46,364 nucleotides of DNA, taken from a virus (taxonomy: Duplodnaviria; Caudoviricetes). Where the stretch lies: the IMG/VR virus record IMGVR_UViG_3300020045_005878, positions 1-46,364 of that record; one strand, given 5' to 3'. Every line of letters begins with the position of its first letter. Positions within the stretch are counted from its first letter, which is position 1. The position numbers were made by a program, and so were the translations under genes. Below the pieces are notes generated by a model. That model was not told the DNA's origin. It did not search any database and saw nothing but the letters and a program-made list of their open reading frames with translations. Shown here piece by piece: positions 32,621 through 43,333 of the stretch.

Positions 32621-33289
32621 ATGACAAATTCGAATAGCTCCGTTGAGGAAGTTCGGCAAGACAATGAGAATACTTCGGTACAAACTCAACAAGAAGAAGT
32701 GATTAAGAAAGAAGACTACGTAAATCTTCAATCTGATTACACAAAGAAATCTCAAGCATTAATTGAGATTACACTAGAAAGAGGACGGGAAAATCCTAAA
32801 TCTATTTTGGATATCAAAGATACCAAACTACAGAACAAGGTGATTTCTGAAATCTACGGTCTTAACTCTGTAAGCGAGCTAAAAGCTATATACGGCGATG
32901 AATTCTATAAACAAAAGGATGAAGGCGATATGGACGATTTAGAACGGATGAAGAGGGAAATAGCCATTCTAAAAAATACATCAGAAAGTTCTAAGCTTGA
33001 AAATTCAATTAAGGAATTAAAATCTACTAATAAAGAGTTGTTTGCTTCTGCAGATGCAGAGGATAAACTACGAGAAGCACTCACGCTACTATCTACAACG
33101 ATTAATACAGATGAACGTGTTAGGCTTGCTTCTAAGCTTGTATTTGGTAATATTGCTAATCCTTCTAATGTAGGATATCAAGCACTTCAAAACGCAAACG
33201 TAAGCGGATGAAATGGAACTGGAAGCGCGGGTAAAATAGCCGCAGAAGACAAAAATAAAGAACTTAGACAAATTCTAGGTCTTAAATAA
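32621..33289 (+). CDS. Capsid scaffolding protein (222 aa)
   Basis: LQSDYTKKSQAL motif, helical/acidic composition, position before capsid genes. Confidence 0.8.
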
Positions 33290-33315
33290 TTTAATTCTAA
33301 TAATAATAAATAATT

Positions 33316-33777
33316 ATGGCAAAAGTTTATAGAGATAATAGTGAAGTGAGTCGCTCACGTTCAAATATTGTTTCAAACTCACTCGCTCTAGTTTCTGGTG
33401 ATTTTGTATCTCTTTCTGGATGATTTCTAGTAAAGGCTACAACTTCTTCTCGAATTGAGGGTATGAGCAATGGAACACTTACTGCTGCTTCTGATAATCA
33501 GACAGTTGCTAAGAAAACTATGAGTTATACTAAAGCATCTCCATTTGTTGAATTTGAATGTGCAATTTCTGGTGGGACTGTGACAATAGCTGACGAAGGA
33601 GTTTCTTTTTACAATCTCACAACTGGGAATGTAATTGATGGAACAACTGAATCTGCATCTGGTTCATATATTGATACTACTTCGGCTGCTGCTGTTGATG
33701 CTGTTGTATATATGCAATTTAAACTTGTTAAATTTCTTACTGCAACAAACGGTATCTTCGTAGCTAATGTAGTGTAA
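33316..33777 (+). CDS. Capsid decoration/cement protein (153 aa)
   Basis: SGDFVSLSGGFLVKAT pattern; lies between scaffold and capsid. Confidence 0.65.
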
Positions 33778-33809
33778 TAATATCTTAATTTAATAATTTA
33801 AAAACAAAT

Positions 33810-34880
33810 ATGACTGTTAACTTTAATACTGGAAGCGCGAATTACGCAGAAGGTAAATCGCTGCTTTCCCCACTCATTCAGGAAATCGTTGACCAAACTA
33901 TCGAACAGGTAGGACTTGACGAGGAACTTGAAAAATATGGGTTCGTACGAGAAACTCCTCTTACTCCAGATGGTATTATTACCTCTATGGTAGGTCCTGA
34001 ACTTCTTGCGCAGATTGATGAAGATGAGGAAGCTCCTGTTATCACAATCCTTCAAGGGTTTGAAAAAGGATACACACTCAAAACATTTGCAGGACAACAC
34101 AAAATCACTAAGGTATTTAAGAAATGGATTGAACAGGGAGCACAAATCTCTGGAGCTGATTCTTCTGTTAAAGCAGAACTTAATAAGCTTAAAGATGCCG
34201 TAGTTCGTCTTACTCAAGGACGTATCCTTACTATCAATGCACTCGTTGCAAAGACTTATGGTAATGGGTTCTCTGTAAGTACTGCATACGGACCAGGAAG
34301 TGCATCTCCAGATGGAGCGGCTCTCTTCTCTGCATCTCACATCATCAAGAAAACAGGAGGAACGTATTCAAACCTTGCGTCTGGTGCTCTCACTGCAATT
34401 ACTCTTGAGGCTGCAATCGTTTCACACAAACTTACACTCCGTTCAGGTAATGGATTCCGAATCAAGACTCCTGAGGTATTCGACCTTCTCGTTCCACGAG
34501 CTCTCGAAATTACTGCTCGAAAGATTCTCAACTCTACTTCTGACCAAGCTGGTCTATATGCAGGTACAGGTAGCAATGCTAACCTCCTTAATACATTTAT
34601 GTTCCAAGGGTCAAAGGTTAAGCTCGTTGTTCTTGATATGCTAGGACAGCCAGATAAAGATGGAAGTGTAATTGGTGGAGCTAATGCAGATACAATGTGG
34701 TTTCTTCTTAACCGAGAACTCGCACTTATGGTTAAAGCATTCCGTCTATTCACACTTTGGGATAACGAAGTTACAATGTACGAAAACGAGGCAACCTCCT
34801 CGACATTTGTTAAACTTGATTCCCACTTTATGACAGAACATTTTAATCCAGAATGTATTGTTGGTTATGCAGGTGCGTAG
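33810..34880 (+). CDS. Major capsid protein (HK97 fold, Mu gpT-like, 356 aa)
   Basis: DGAALFSASH, LLVPRALE..ARKILNS, WFL motifs; intact in both codes; followed by a terminator. Confidence 0.92.
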   Translation: MTVNFNTGSANYAEGKSLLSPLIQEIVDQTIEQVGLDEELEKYGFVRETPLTPDGIITSMVGPELLAQIDEDEEAPVITILQGFEKGYTLKTFAGQHKITKVFKKWIEQGAQISGADSSVKAELNKLKDAVVRLTQGRILTINALVAKTYGNGFSVSTAYGPGSASPDGAALFSASHIIKKTGGTYSNLASGALTAITLEAAIVSHKLTLRSGNGFRIKTPEVFDLLVPRALEITARKILNSTSDQAGLYAGTGSNANLLNTFMFQGSKVKLVVLDMLGQPDKDGSVIGGANADTMWFLLNRELALMVKAFRLFTLWDNEVTMYENEATSSTFVKLDSHFMTEHFNPECIVGYAGA

Positions 34881-34901
34881 TTATCTACTACAAAATAATA
34901 T

Positions 34902-34929
34902 CCCCTTTCTTAATTGAGAGGGGTTTTTA
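34902..34929 (+). terminator. Intrinsic terminator after the major capsid gene
   Basis: CCCCTTTC/GAGAGGGG stem followed by TTTTT. Confidence 0.85.
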
Positions 34930-34938
34930 TTTGCCCCC

Positions 34939-34965
34939 TTGACATTTACAGAATTTATATATACT
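34939..34965 (+). promoter_or_regulatory. Promoter TTGACA-N15-TATACT
   Basis: Hexamers at 34939-34944 and 34960-34965, immediately after the terminator. Confidence 0.7.
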
Positions 34966-34992
34966 TATAGTATATATACCTAATTTAATAAT

Positions 34993-35433
34993 ATGGCTTG
35001 ACAATATGTTACGGTTGGGAAACGGGCGCTTATGGATAAAATCCTATTATCTATGTATCCTGTTATGACTCCAGAAGGTAAACTAAAGAAGAATATGGAT
35101 TTGAAAGAGTCTTGTAAATTGAATGGAATTACATCACAAACTCTATATAATTGGATGAGGGCAGACAACTCATTAAAGCTAGCGTGGGATTCTGCACAAG
35201 AAACACAGAAAGAGGTTATGACAATTAAGGCAAAAGAAAACGTATTCAAGGCTATTGATTGAGAAATGGGGTTAAGGAAGAGAGAAATAGTAGATGTAAG
35301 TTTTAGATTTCTTGAGAAGACTAATAAGGAGTTTCAACCAACATCAAATATTGAGTTAAAGTCTACTAATATGAATTTTGATATTAGTTTGGAAGAATTG
35401 AATGCGAAGATTAAATCATTACAAGATAACTAA
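34993..35433 (+). CDS. Terminase small subunit-like HTH protein (146 aa)
   Basis: ESCKLNGITSQTLYNW HTH, AKENVFKAIDG, RFLEKT..EF, C-terminal SLEELNAKI. Confidence 0.6.
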
Positions 35434-35439
35434 AAATAT

Positions 35440-35724
35440 ATGAGTTCAATGCAACTATCGAATCAACGAGCAATGTGAAATCTAATGAGTATTAAGAAAA
35501 GAAAAGAAGCACTTGAAATAGTACAAGAACTAGAAGTAGTACGAGAGAGTAATCTTAGAGAAGTTAGATGACTTTGAGATGCTACTATTAAAGTTCTATT
35601 TGATAATAAAATAGAAACAAAAGAAGAGTTGGTAAAATGTGAGATTGAGTTTATTAAAACTATTATTAAGAATCCACTCGCATTTAAGAATGTGGAAACT
35701 TTTATTAAAGAAAATACTAACTAA
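35440..35724 (+). CDS. Helix-hairpin-helix domain protein (94 aa)
   Basis: LREVRGLGDATIKVLFDNKIETKEEL (both Gly are TGA). Confidence 0.65.
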
Positions 35725-35732
35725 TATAACTT

Positions 35733-37421
35733 ATGGCAAATAGTCCTATAGATACTTGATTCGCAACCGTTGATAAATCGCGTTTAAAGCGTGAATTTTG
35801 ACGTGTTGGTGCACTTGATGCAGATAGTATAGCTTATGATTGAACAGACTCTATTAAAGAGAAAATAGATAGTATTGTTATTTCTTGAGCTTGAACAGTT
35901 ACTAGTGTAACATCAGCAAACTCAGATATTTCTATTACTAATACAACAACTACTCCAACTATTACACTAAATAGTTGAACTAGTGCAAATCAAATAGTTA
36001 AACTAGATTCATCAGCTAAACTTCCAGCAGTTGATGGTAGTCAACTTACAAATCTTCCAATTTCATCTGGTGATGTAGTAGGTCCTGCTTCTTCCACAGA
36101 TAACGCTATAGCTCGTTATGACTCAACAACTGGAAAATTATTGCAAAACTCTTCTATTCTACTTGGAGATGATGGAACTCTTGGAAATGTAAATAGTGTT
36201 AAGTTTGATACAACCTATACAGGAACTTCAGTGGAAGGTGAACTCTATTGGGACTCTGATGAACATACTCTCAACCTAAAAACAGGACTTGATAGTGCTA
36301 CTCTTAATATAGGACGAGAAATGAATGTCCTTGTTATGAACTCTACAGGCTCAACCATCTCTAACGGGAAAGTAGTATATATCAATGGTAGTAGTGGAAC
36401 AAAACCAACAGTTGCCCTTGCACAAGCAAACGACTATGCAAAGAGTATAAAGACCATAGGTATAGCTACTATGGATATTCCTAATGGATGACAGTGACTT
36501 ATAACCACTATAGGTTATGTCCATGAACTAAACACTTCTGGGTTCGTTGTATGAGATATCCTCTACCTTGACTCTTCTGTAACAGGAGGTATCACAAAGA
36601 CAAACCCAACAGGGCTTAACTATACACTAGAACTTGGTATGTGTATCTACTCTCATGCTACTCTTGGTATAATAGATGTAAAGCCAAAGATGCTTAGAGC
36701 GATAGAGAGTGATGAGTTTAAGGTTGTTGATAGTATAGATAAGACAAAACAAGCTGCATTCAATGTAAGCGGTATCACTCCTTGAACTAGACGTGTATAC
36801 ACCCTTCCTAATCAAGATGTAGACCTTATATGAGCAATAAGTTCACAGACACTTACTAATAAGAGCATTGCTCTAGGAACTAACACTATCACAGGAACAA
36901 AATCACAATTTAATACAGCTATTACAGACGGAGATGTGATATATGTAAATGATAGCCCAACACTAGGAACTATTACAACTACTGGAGCAATAGAACTCGG
37001 TCATGCTTCTGATACTACTCTATCAAGAATAAGCGCAGGGGTAATGGCAGTTGAGGGTATAGTAATACCTACAATAAGTTCTATAAATACTCTCACAAAT
37101 AAACGTATAACTAAACGAGTTGTTACAACAACACAATCTGCAACACCTACAATAAACACAGACAACGGAGACATATTCCAAATAACAGGACTTGCACAAG
37201 CAATCACATCTATGAGTACAAATCTATCAGGAACACCGAGTGAAGGGGAAATGGTTATGTGGCAGATAACTGATAATGGAACAGCTAGAGCAATAGCTTG
37301 GTGAGCTAGCTTTGTATCAGGAACAAATGCAACACTTCCTACAACTACGGTGATAAGTGCTATGAAAACAGTTCTTTTCCAAAGAGTTGGGAGCACTTGG
37401 AAATGTTTGGCAGTTGATTAG
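35733..37421 (+). CDS. Mosaic tail fibre / virion appendage protein (562 aa)
   Basis: Joins track ORFs 36141-36491 and 36936-37304; GDVVGPASSTDNAIARYD, QTLTNK repeats, Thr/Ser/Gly-rich. Confidence 0.8.
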
Positions 37422-37440
37422 TTATTAATTTATATAAAAT

Positions 37441-38325
37441 ATGGCAAATGTAAAAGCATTAGTTATAGCGTGATGAGGTTGAGGTTGATATCACCAATGA
37501 TGATGAGGTGGGGCAGGTTGATATCAATATATATCTTCATTATCCATATTACCACAAGCATACTCAGTAACAATCGGTAATTGATGAGCTTGAGATGCAA
37601 CAGAAGATTGAACGTGAACTAGTTGACAAAATTCTGTTTTTGCATCTATAACATCTATTTGATGATGAGGATGATGAAGTAGAAAACCTTCTCCTAATTA
37701 TCATACAGTTGGAGCTAATTGATGATGTGGCTGAGGTAATAGTGCCTGAGAAGATTCTCCTTGAACTACAGTATGAATAGGAAGTCAATGATATAATTGA
37801 TGAACTTGAAGTGGTATTTGAACTGGTACGTATCATCATTGATGATGATGATGAGGATGAGCTTGAGCATTATGACAAAGTTGTACTTGAAGCTGAGCAT
37901 CTTGAGATAATTGAGGAAATTGATGAGATGGATTATCAAATAGTATTTCTTGAAGTTCTGTATATTATGCAGGTGGTTGATGAGGAGCTACATATTTCAC
38001 GCCAACAAATACAGTATGAGCATGATGACTATGAGGATGATGAGCTTGAGGCTCTCTAGCATCTGCACCAATAAATGGTACTGCTAATACTTGAGGCGGT
38101 TGAGGAGGTTCTTCTTATAATTGAAGTGCTTGAGGAAATTGAGGAAGCGGAATAATTATTATTTCTTATGCTTCAAATTGAAGTGACGGTATTTCTACTT
38201 TATCTACTGGTGGTACAATAACTACTTCTTGAACACAAACAATACATACATTTACAACTAGTTGAACATTTACGGCAGTTGCAAGCACGGTTACAAACAA
38301 TTCAAATTTCTTTTTATTTTTCTAA
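37441..38325 (+). CDS. Glycine-rich virion protein (294 aa)
   Basis: ALVIAGGGGGG...GGGGAGG...GGSGIIIISY; most Gly encoded by TGA. Confidence 0.85.
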
Positions 38326-38337
38326 ACATATAAATAT

Positions 38338-38571
38338 ATGAGCCTACTATCTACAGCAGAAAGACTTAATACTGCTAATCAACTTAATTCTTGGAAGATT
38401 TCTTGTGAGAATGCAATGAACCAAGCTAAGCAATCTTTTACTTCTATATCTACCCAAAGAGTTTCTATGGAAACAAACACAGATTTTACTCCAGATGATT
38501 TAGCAGAAGTAGATGCTATGCTTGACAAACTTAATTCTATTGCTAAAACTCTTATAGCTCCAACAATATAA
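38338..38571 (+). CDS. Hypothetical helical protein (77 aa)
   Basis: Track ORF in the late operon. Confidence 0.7.
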   Translation: MSLLSTAERLNTANQLNSWKISCENAMNQAKQSFTSISTQRVSMETNTDFTPDDLAEVDAMLDKLNSIAKTLIAPTI

Positions 38572-38574
38572 TAT

Positions 38575-38850
38575 ATGAAAGTAAATAAATGGGCGTTATG
38601 ACCCAGTAGTTGGGGGGCAATAAATGTATTGTTCCCTTTTCATGAGAGATTTCAGGAAGCAGCAGAAGCTCATGATTTAGCTTACTCATTATGATGAAAT
38701 GAAAATGATAGGAAGCTCGCCAATTATGTTTTCTTTGTTGATTGCTTAGATGAAAGTAAAAATAACATTCTCGCAATACTTTTTTCAGTAGTTTATTTTA
38801 TATTAGTAAGCCTATTCGGCAATTTATTCTTCAATTATGAAACTATTTAA
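38575..38850 (+). CDS. DUF1353/phospholipase-A2-like small protein (91 aa)
   Basis: FQEAAEAHDLAYSLGGNENDRKLAN..F motif. Confidence 0.6.
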
Positions 38851-38854
38851 TCTA

Positions 38855-39001
38855 ATGGTTGATGATATGGTAAGTAAAAATGATAAACAATGATTAGAAA
38901 ATAGTCTTGATTGGCTTGAGATAAATCCTCATCAATTAAAAGATACAGAAAATAGAATAGAAATAATTAAAGAAGCAATTAGTTACATCTTAAATAAATA
39001 A
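38855..39001 (+). CDS. Hypothetical protein (48 aa)
   Basis: Code-25 ORF. Confidence 0.45.
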
Positions 39002-39023
39002 TTCTTTAAACAAAAATAAATAT

Positions 39024-39245
39024 ATGGATACATCTTTCGTTTCACAAATATTAGAAAAATGAAGCACATTCGCAATATTAGCATTCATATTGTATTACTT
39101 TCTAGTTATTTATATACCAAAGAAAGACGAAGCCTACGAACGGCGTATAGATACTATGATGACTAGTTTTAAAGATTCAATGGAAAATTTAGCAAAGACA
39201 CTAGATACGAGGCTTATTGAAATAGAGAATAAAATTAATAAATAA
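39024..39245 (+). CDS. BhlA/UviB-like holin (73 aa)
   Basis: N-terminal TM (GSTFAILAFILYYFLVIYI) followed by an amphipathic coiled coil. Confidence 0.6.
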
Positions 39246-39257
39246 AACAAATTTTAT

Positions 39258-39407
39258 ATGAAAACTATAATTTGATGGATATTGTTTCTATTATGCTTTG
39301 CAATTTTTATATTGCAAGCTTATTTCTCAATTCTTGTAAATAATAAAATAATATCACTTATTGATAATAATCAATTAAACAAAGTTGAATTACAATATAA
39401 TAAATAA
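39258..39407 (+). CDS. Small membrane protein (49 aa)
   Basis: N-terminal hydrophobic helix; next to the holin. Confidence 0.45.
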
Positions 39408-39528
39408 AATATATGTGAAATAAGTTAATACTAAAATTTACACCATTAAAACCAGCTACAAAAAGGGAACAGAAAAGAACCGTAGCAGTTCCAAGCAAGA
39501 AGAGAAATAAAGCATAACTATCAATTAT

Positions 39529-39699
39529 ATGTACCATGAAATTGCAGATGCAACTTTTGAATATAATCAGACTATGGAAGAACTTAATAAAAATCCTTAT
39601 GACCATGAATATGGAAATAAAGCTTTTATTGCTAAAGATAAATTTAAAAAGAAAGTTGCGAAGATTATTTATATAGATAAACAAAATGAAAATGTATAA
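39529..39699 (+). CDS. Hypothetical protein (56 aa)
   Basis: ORF in operon packing. Confidence 0.45.
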   Translation: MYHEIADATFEYNQTMEELNKNPYDHEYGNKAFIAKDKFKKKVAKIIYIDKQNENV

Positions 39700-39859
39700 G
39701 GTAACAGATTCATATAGAGTTTTCCTATCAAATTGTACGGAGAAAGAAATAGATTATGAATACGCACATCTATGTAGAGTTTTCTATGATTCTGATTCAG
39801 AAGTATTAAAACTTGAAGTAATCGAGAGGGTTAACTTTATATTTTCACTTAAACAATAA
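39686..39859 (+). CDS. Hypothetical protein (57 aa)
   Basis: ORF TAATG-coupled to the peptidase. Confidence 0.5.
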   Translation: MKMYKVTDSYRVFLSNCTEKEIDYEYAHLCRVFYDSDSEVLKLEVIERVNFIFSLKQ

Positions 39860-40530
39860 TGGAAGATTGTCCACAATTTACAGAACTAGAACTAGATATT
39901 CCGAGAGAATGAGAACACATATATGATGACTTATTTGGCTCTACCTCATCTAGTAGTGAGGTTTATAATGTGTTTTATCCACATACAATTTTAAATCAAG
40001 GGGCACAGGCGGATACAAGAATGGCTTGTTCTCGTTATTGAATTATCCACGCAATTAACGCACAAAATCTTGCCGTTGCTAAGATAGATTGAATGCGTAC
40101 ATATGAGTACAATCCAGAGGTAATGTGGGGAAATTATTTGAAAGTGAATCCATCTGCAAAAGTAGAATGAGCAACACTACAATCCTCAATATCTCAGATG
40201 GAAGATTTGAATCTAATTACTTGAAGTTCTAAACTTCTATCTATTGATTCAATGAAGGATAGTTTGATTAATTTTAAGCCTATATTTACTTGAAGCAAGC
40301 AATGCGATTGGAGTTCTGTGAGAGATTTTAAGAGATATAAACTTTGAAGCGGTTACGCCCATATATTCTGTATAGTAGGTTTTGATGGTAGCGGGTGGAT
40401 TGCAATTAACTCATATTGACCTTCTAATGGAGTATTCCATATTGCATATGAACTCACCTCATCTCTATTCTCTTGCTATTCATTATCTGATAGTAGAGAC
40501 CAAGAAGTATTCAATAAACTTAAAAAATAA
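39859..40530 (+). CDS. Papain-like (C1 family) cysteine peptidase (223 aa)
   Basis: Oxyanion ILNQG, catalytic ACS, HIFCIVGFD and INSYG motifs. Confidence 0.82.
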
Positions 40531-40531
40531 T

Positions 40532-40699
40532 ATGAAAGAGATTTGGATAGGGAATGATTGAAAAGAATACATACGGCAGAAGGTTGAATGCTTTACTAGA
40601 GTTATGGGTTACTGCCGACCAGTTAGTCAATTCAACAATTGAAAGAAGAGTGAATTTTATAGTAGAAAATATTTTAAAGAATATTTAATAATAAAATAA
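40532..40699 (+). CDS. Stand-alone NrdD C-terminal glycyl-radical peptide (55 aa)
   Basis: VECFTRVMGYCRPVSQFNNGKKSEFYSRKYF matches the class III ribonucleotide reductase glycyl-radical loop. Confidence 0.85.
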
Positions 40700-40701
40700 T
40701 T

Positions 40702-41733
40702 ATGACAGCAGAAACGAATTACAGATATGGCGAAATACCATCTTGAGTTGTTGATTGAGTAAACAAAATATTTACTCTTCTTAATCAAATAGACAAGATA
40801 GAAGAGATTTATATCTGAGGTGCTAGTTATCGCTCATTTTCATATACTTGAAATACAATAACTCTTACAGATGCGCCAACTACTGAGACTTGAGCTCCAG
40901 AAGTTGATTATTGGATTGTAACTACTACTTCTACTACTTGAAGCGTTACATTTGGTAATGTAATAGATGATGTATATTTGAGACTATCTCAATATCGTAC
41001 ATCTCGTCAATATCCACTGGACTTAGTTAAATCCTATGTTAAAGAAGGTGTGAGGGTTTTGAATAACTATCGTCAGAATAACTCAGATAAGACGTGAAGT
41101 TACTCATTTAATAAAGCTCCAGACTTTACGGTTAGTACTTATTCTACAACTCAATTTCTATCTTGAGCTATTAATAAATTTGTTCCTAATAATGGGAAGG
41201 TTATTGTTAAGTACGGCGATATTGTAAATTACATTTGAAGAACTATTTGAGTAAGTCTAAATAATATATCTTGATTAGATATTGAGTATTTTGCTTGAGA
41301 TAAAGTTCTTATTGGTTATCCAATATCCTGAGTAGTTAAAAAAATAAATGAGGTTGTTATTAATTACAATCCACTTACATTTGTTTCTCGTGATGAGTTC
41401 GTAATAGGTAGAACAAAATATTGCTATACTATTATTGATTGATATTTGTTTTTGCCTTATTCTGCAAATGATAATGAAAAGGTAATGGTTACTTATACAA
41501 GATTTAATAATGAACCAAGTGTTGAATCTGATGTTATTGATATTAACCAAGACTACTTCCATATTATATCTTTATACGCTCTCTACAATGTTTTAATGGA
41601 TAGGGAGGATGATAGGTACTTAGTTCAACAAAAGAAGTTCCAAGAGCAGTTTAAATGGTATCGTAGCTATATGAGCCGACAGGTAAATGGTATAAATAAT
41701 AAAATACCATCTCGCCACTTAAAAGCATTTTAA
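40702..41733 (+). CDS. Head-tail adaptor-like virion protein (343 aa)
   Basis: Includes track ORF 41446-41733; C-terminal IDINQDYFHIISLYALY typical of podovirus adaptors; small N-terminal beta module. Confidence 0.65.
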
Positions 41734-41752
41734 GTAATCTAATTATAAATTT

Positions 41753-43318
41753 ATGGCAAAAATAAACAATGCTACAAAACGTATACAAGACCTAAGCGGT
41801 TGAATAAACCGACTTAAATCAGATACTAATATTGATGATAATCAATGTGTCGTAAGTAATAACTGGTGAATGGAGGGTAATAAGTTTGCATCCATCAAAT
41901 GATTCGCATCTGTTCATAAGTTTGGTACAACAAACTCACGCATTCAATGACTATCTAGTTATGGTGATTATGTAATATCTATACAAGATACTAAATTATA
42001 TGTCCATAATATTGTTAATGGATTGTGAGCTAATATTACAATATCTTGAATATCAAATCTTGATGATTTCAATATAACAATAGGTAAGTTTGTAGATATT
42101 TATATTATTGTTACAAATGTTGATTGAAGCGATACTCCAAGAAGTTTTAAGCTGGTAGAAAGTACAATGGTAATTACTAATGATAGTAGTAGTTTTGTTG
42201 GATTTACTTGAACGCCAACTTGTTCCATATTCTATCAGGGGCAATTATTGTTTAGTGGAATCCCATCGTCTCCTTCTGTGTTGTATTACTCTAAACCATT
42301 CATATCCACAGATACAACTCCTTCTTGGTATAAGTTTGATGCTTATCCAGCTTGAGCTCAAACAATATGAGATTGAAGTCCTATAGTTTGATTTCTTACT
42401 TGACAAGATAAATTATATATTTGAAAGAAGAACTCGATATGGAAGGTTGATTGAGTAAGTGATACTGGAGCTTGAGCAGATGCTAAATTCTCTTATACGG
42501 TTACTAAACAAACATCTACTTGACCTATTAATCAAGAGAGTTTTATTAATGTGATGCAAGATATCTTCTTCTATGATGGTCATTCCATTCGTAGATTAAG
42601 TTATGAGGCTAACACACTTGCACTTAAAGACTCATCTATCTCAGACAACATACAACCATATCTAGCTAGTTTTCCGCAAGACCAGAAGAGCGCAACATCT
42701 TGGTTTTCTTATCCATACTATAAATTAGCTATTCGTCAAGAATTATCTAGTGATAATGATTTTGTATTTGCGTATAATGTGATTAATAAATCCTTTATTA
42801 CTCAAACTTGACTCATAACTCGCCATTCTACAAACTCGTATTTTGATAAGAGTATTGCGTACTTTGGTAGTTCTTATGATTGAACTGTGTATAGGGATAA
42901 CTTTACATATACTTATGATTGACAAGCAATAGATAGAAGTTATATAGGTAAGGCTCTTGATTATGGAGATTCAATAGATTATAAACGACTTACAGAAGTT
43001 GAAATAAGTTGATTAATAAGCCCTTGACATTTAGTATATATCGATATAATTAAAGATAGTCAGATAATTGATACTCGTGAGATATTCTTCGCATCTTCTT
43101 TATGAGCAACAACTTGAGCTTCTGTTATAGGTGCATCTACGTCTTGAGCATTTTGAGCAAATTCAGAACCACTTATTCCGTATGCTATTCGATTTGAGTG
43201 TTATGATGATGGAAGAACTTTCCAATTATGAGTAAGAAATAATAGTACTTGATATTTTGAAATACAATACTTTAATACTATGTATAAATTCTTGAAGGCA
43301 TTTGAACTTCATTACTAA
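41753..43318 (+). CDS. Tail nozzle / DNA stabilisation protein (P22 gp10-like beta-propeller, 521 aa)
   Basis: DLSGGIN start, GPINQESF..V..DIFFYD, ISDNIQPY, DYGDSIDYKR motifs. Confidence 0.75.
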
Positions 43319-43333
43319 ATTATTAAATAAATT

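Noticed and set aside
33798-34753. Antisense and alternate-frame ORFs over the capsid gene (33798-34340, 34006-34203, 34300-34644, 34337-34753)
   Set aside because: Shadow ORFs produced by the codon bias of the capsid gene; no motifs or separate expression signals.
37470-38110. (TGA)n microsatellite, or the acidic 82-aa track ORF 37811-38059
   Set aside because: These are poly-Gly codons of the 37441-38325 gene; the Asp/Glu-rich ORF is a shifted-frame shadow.
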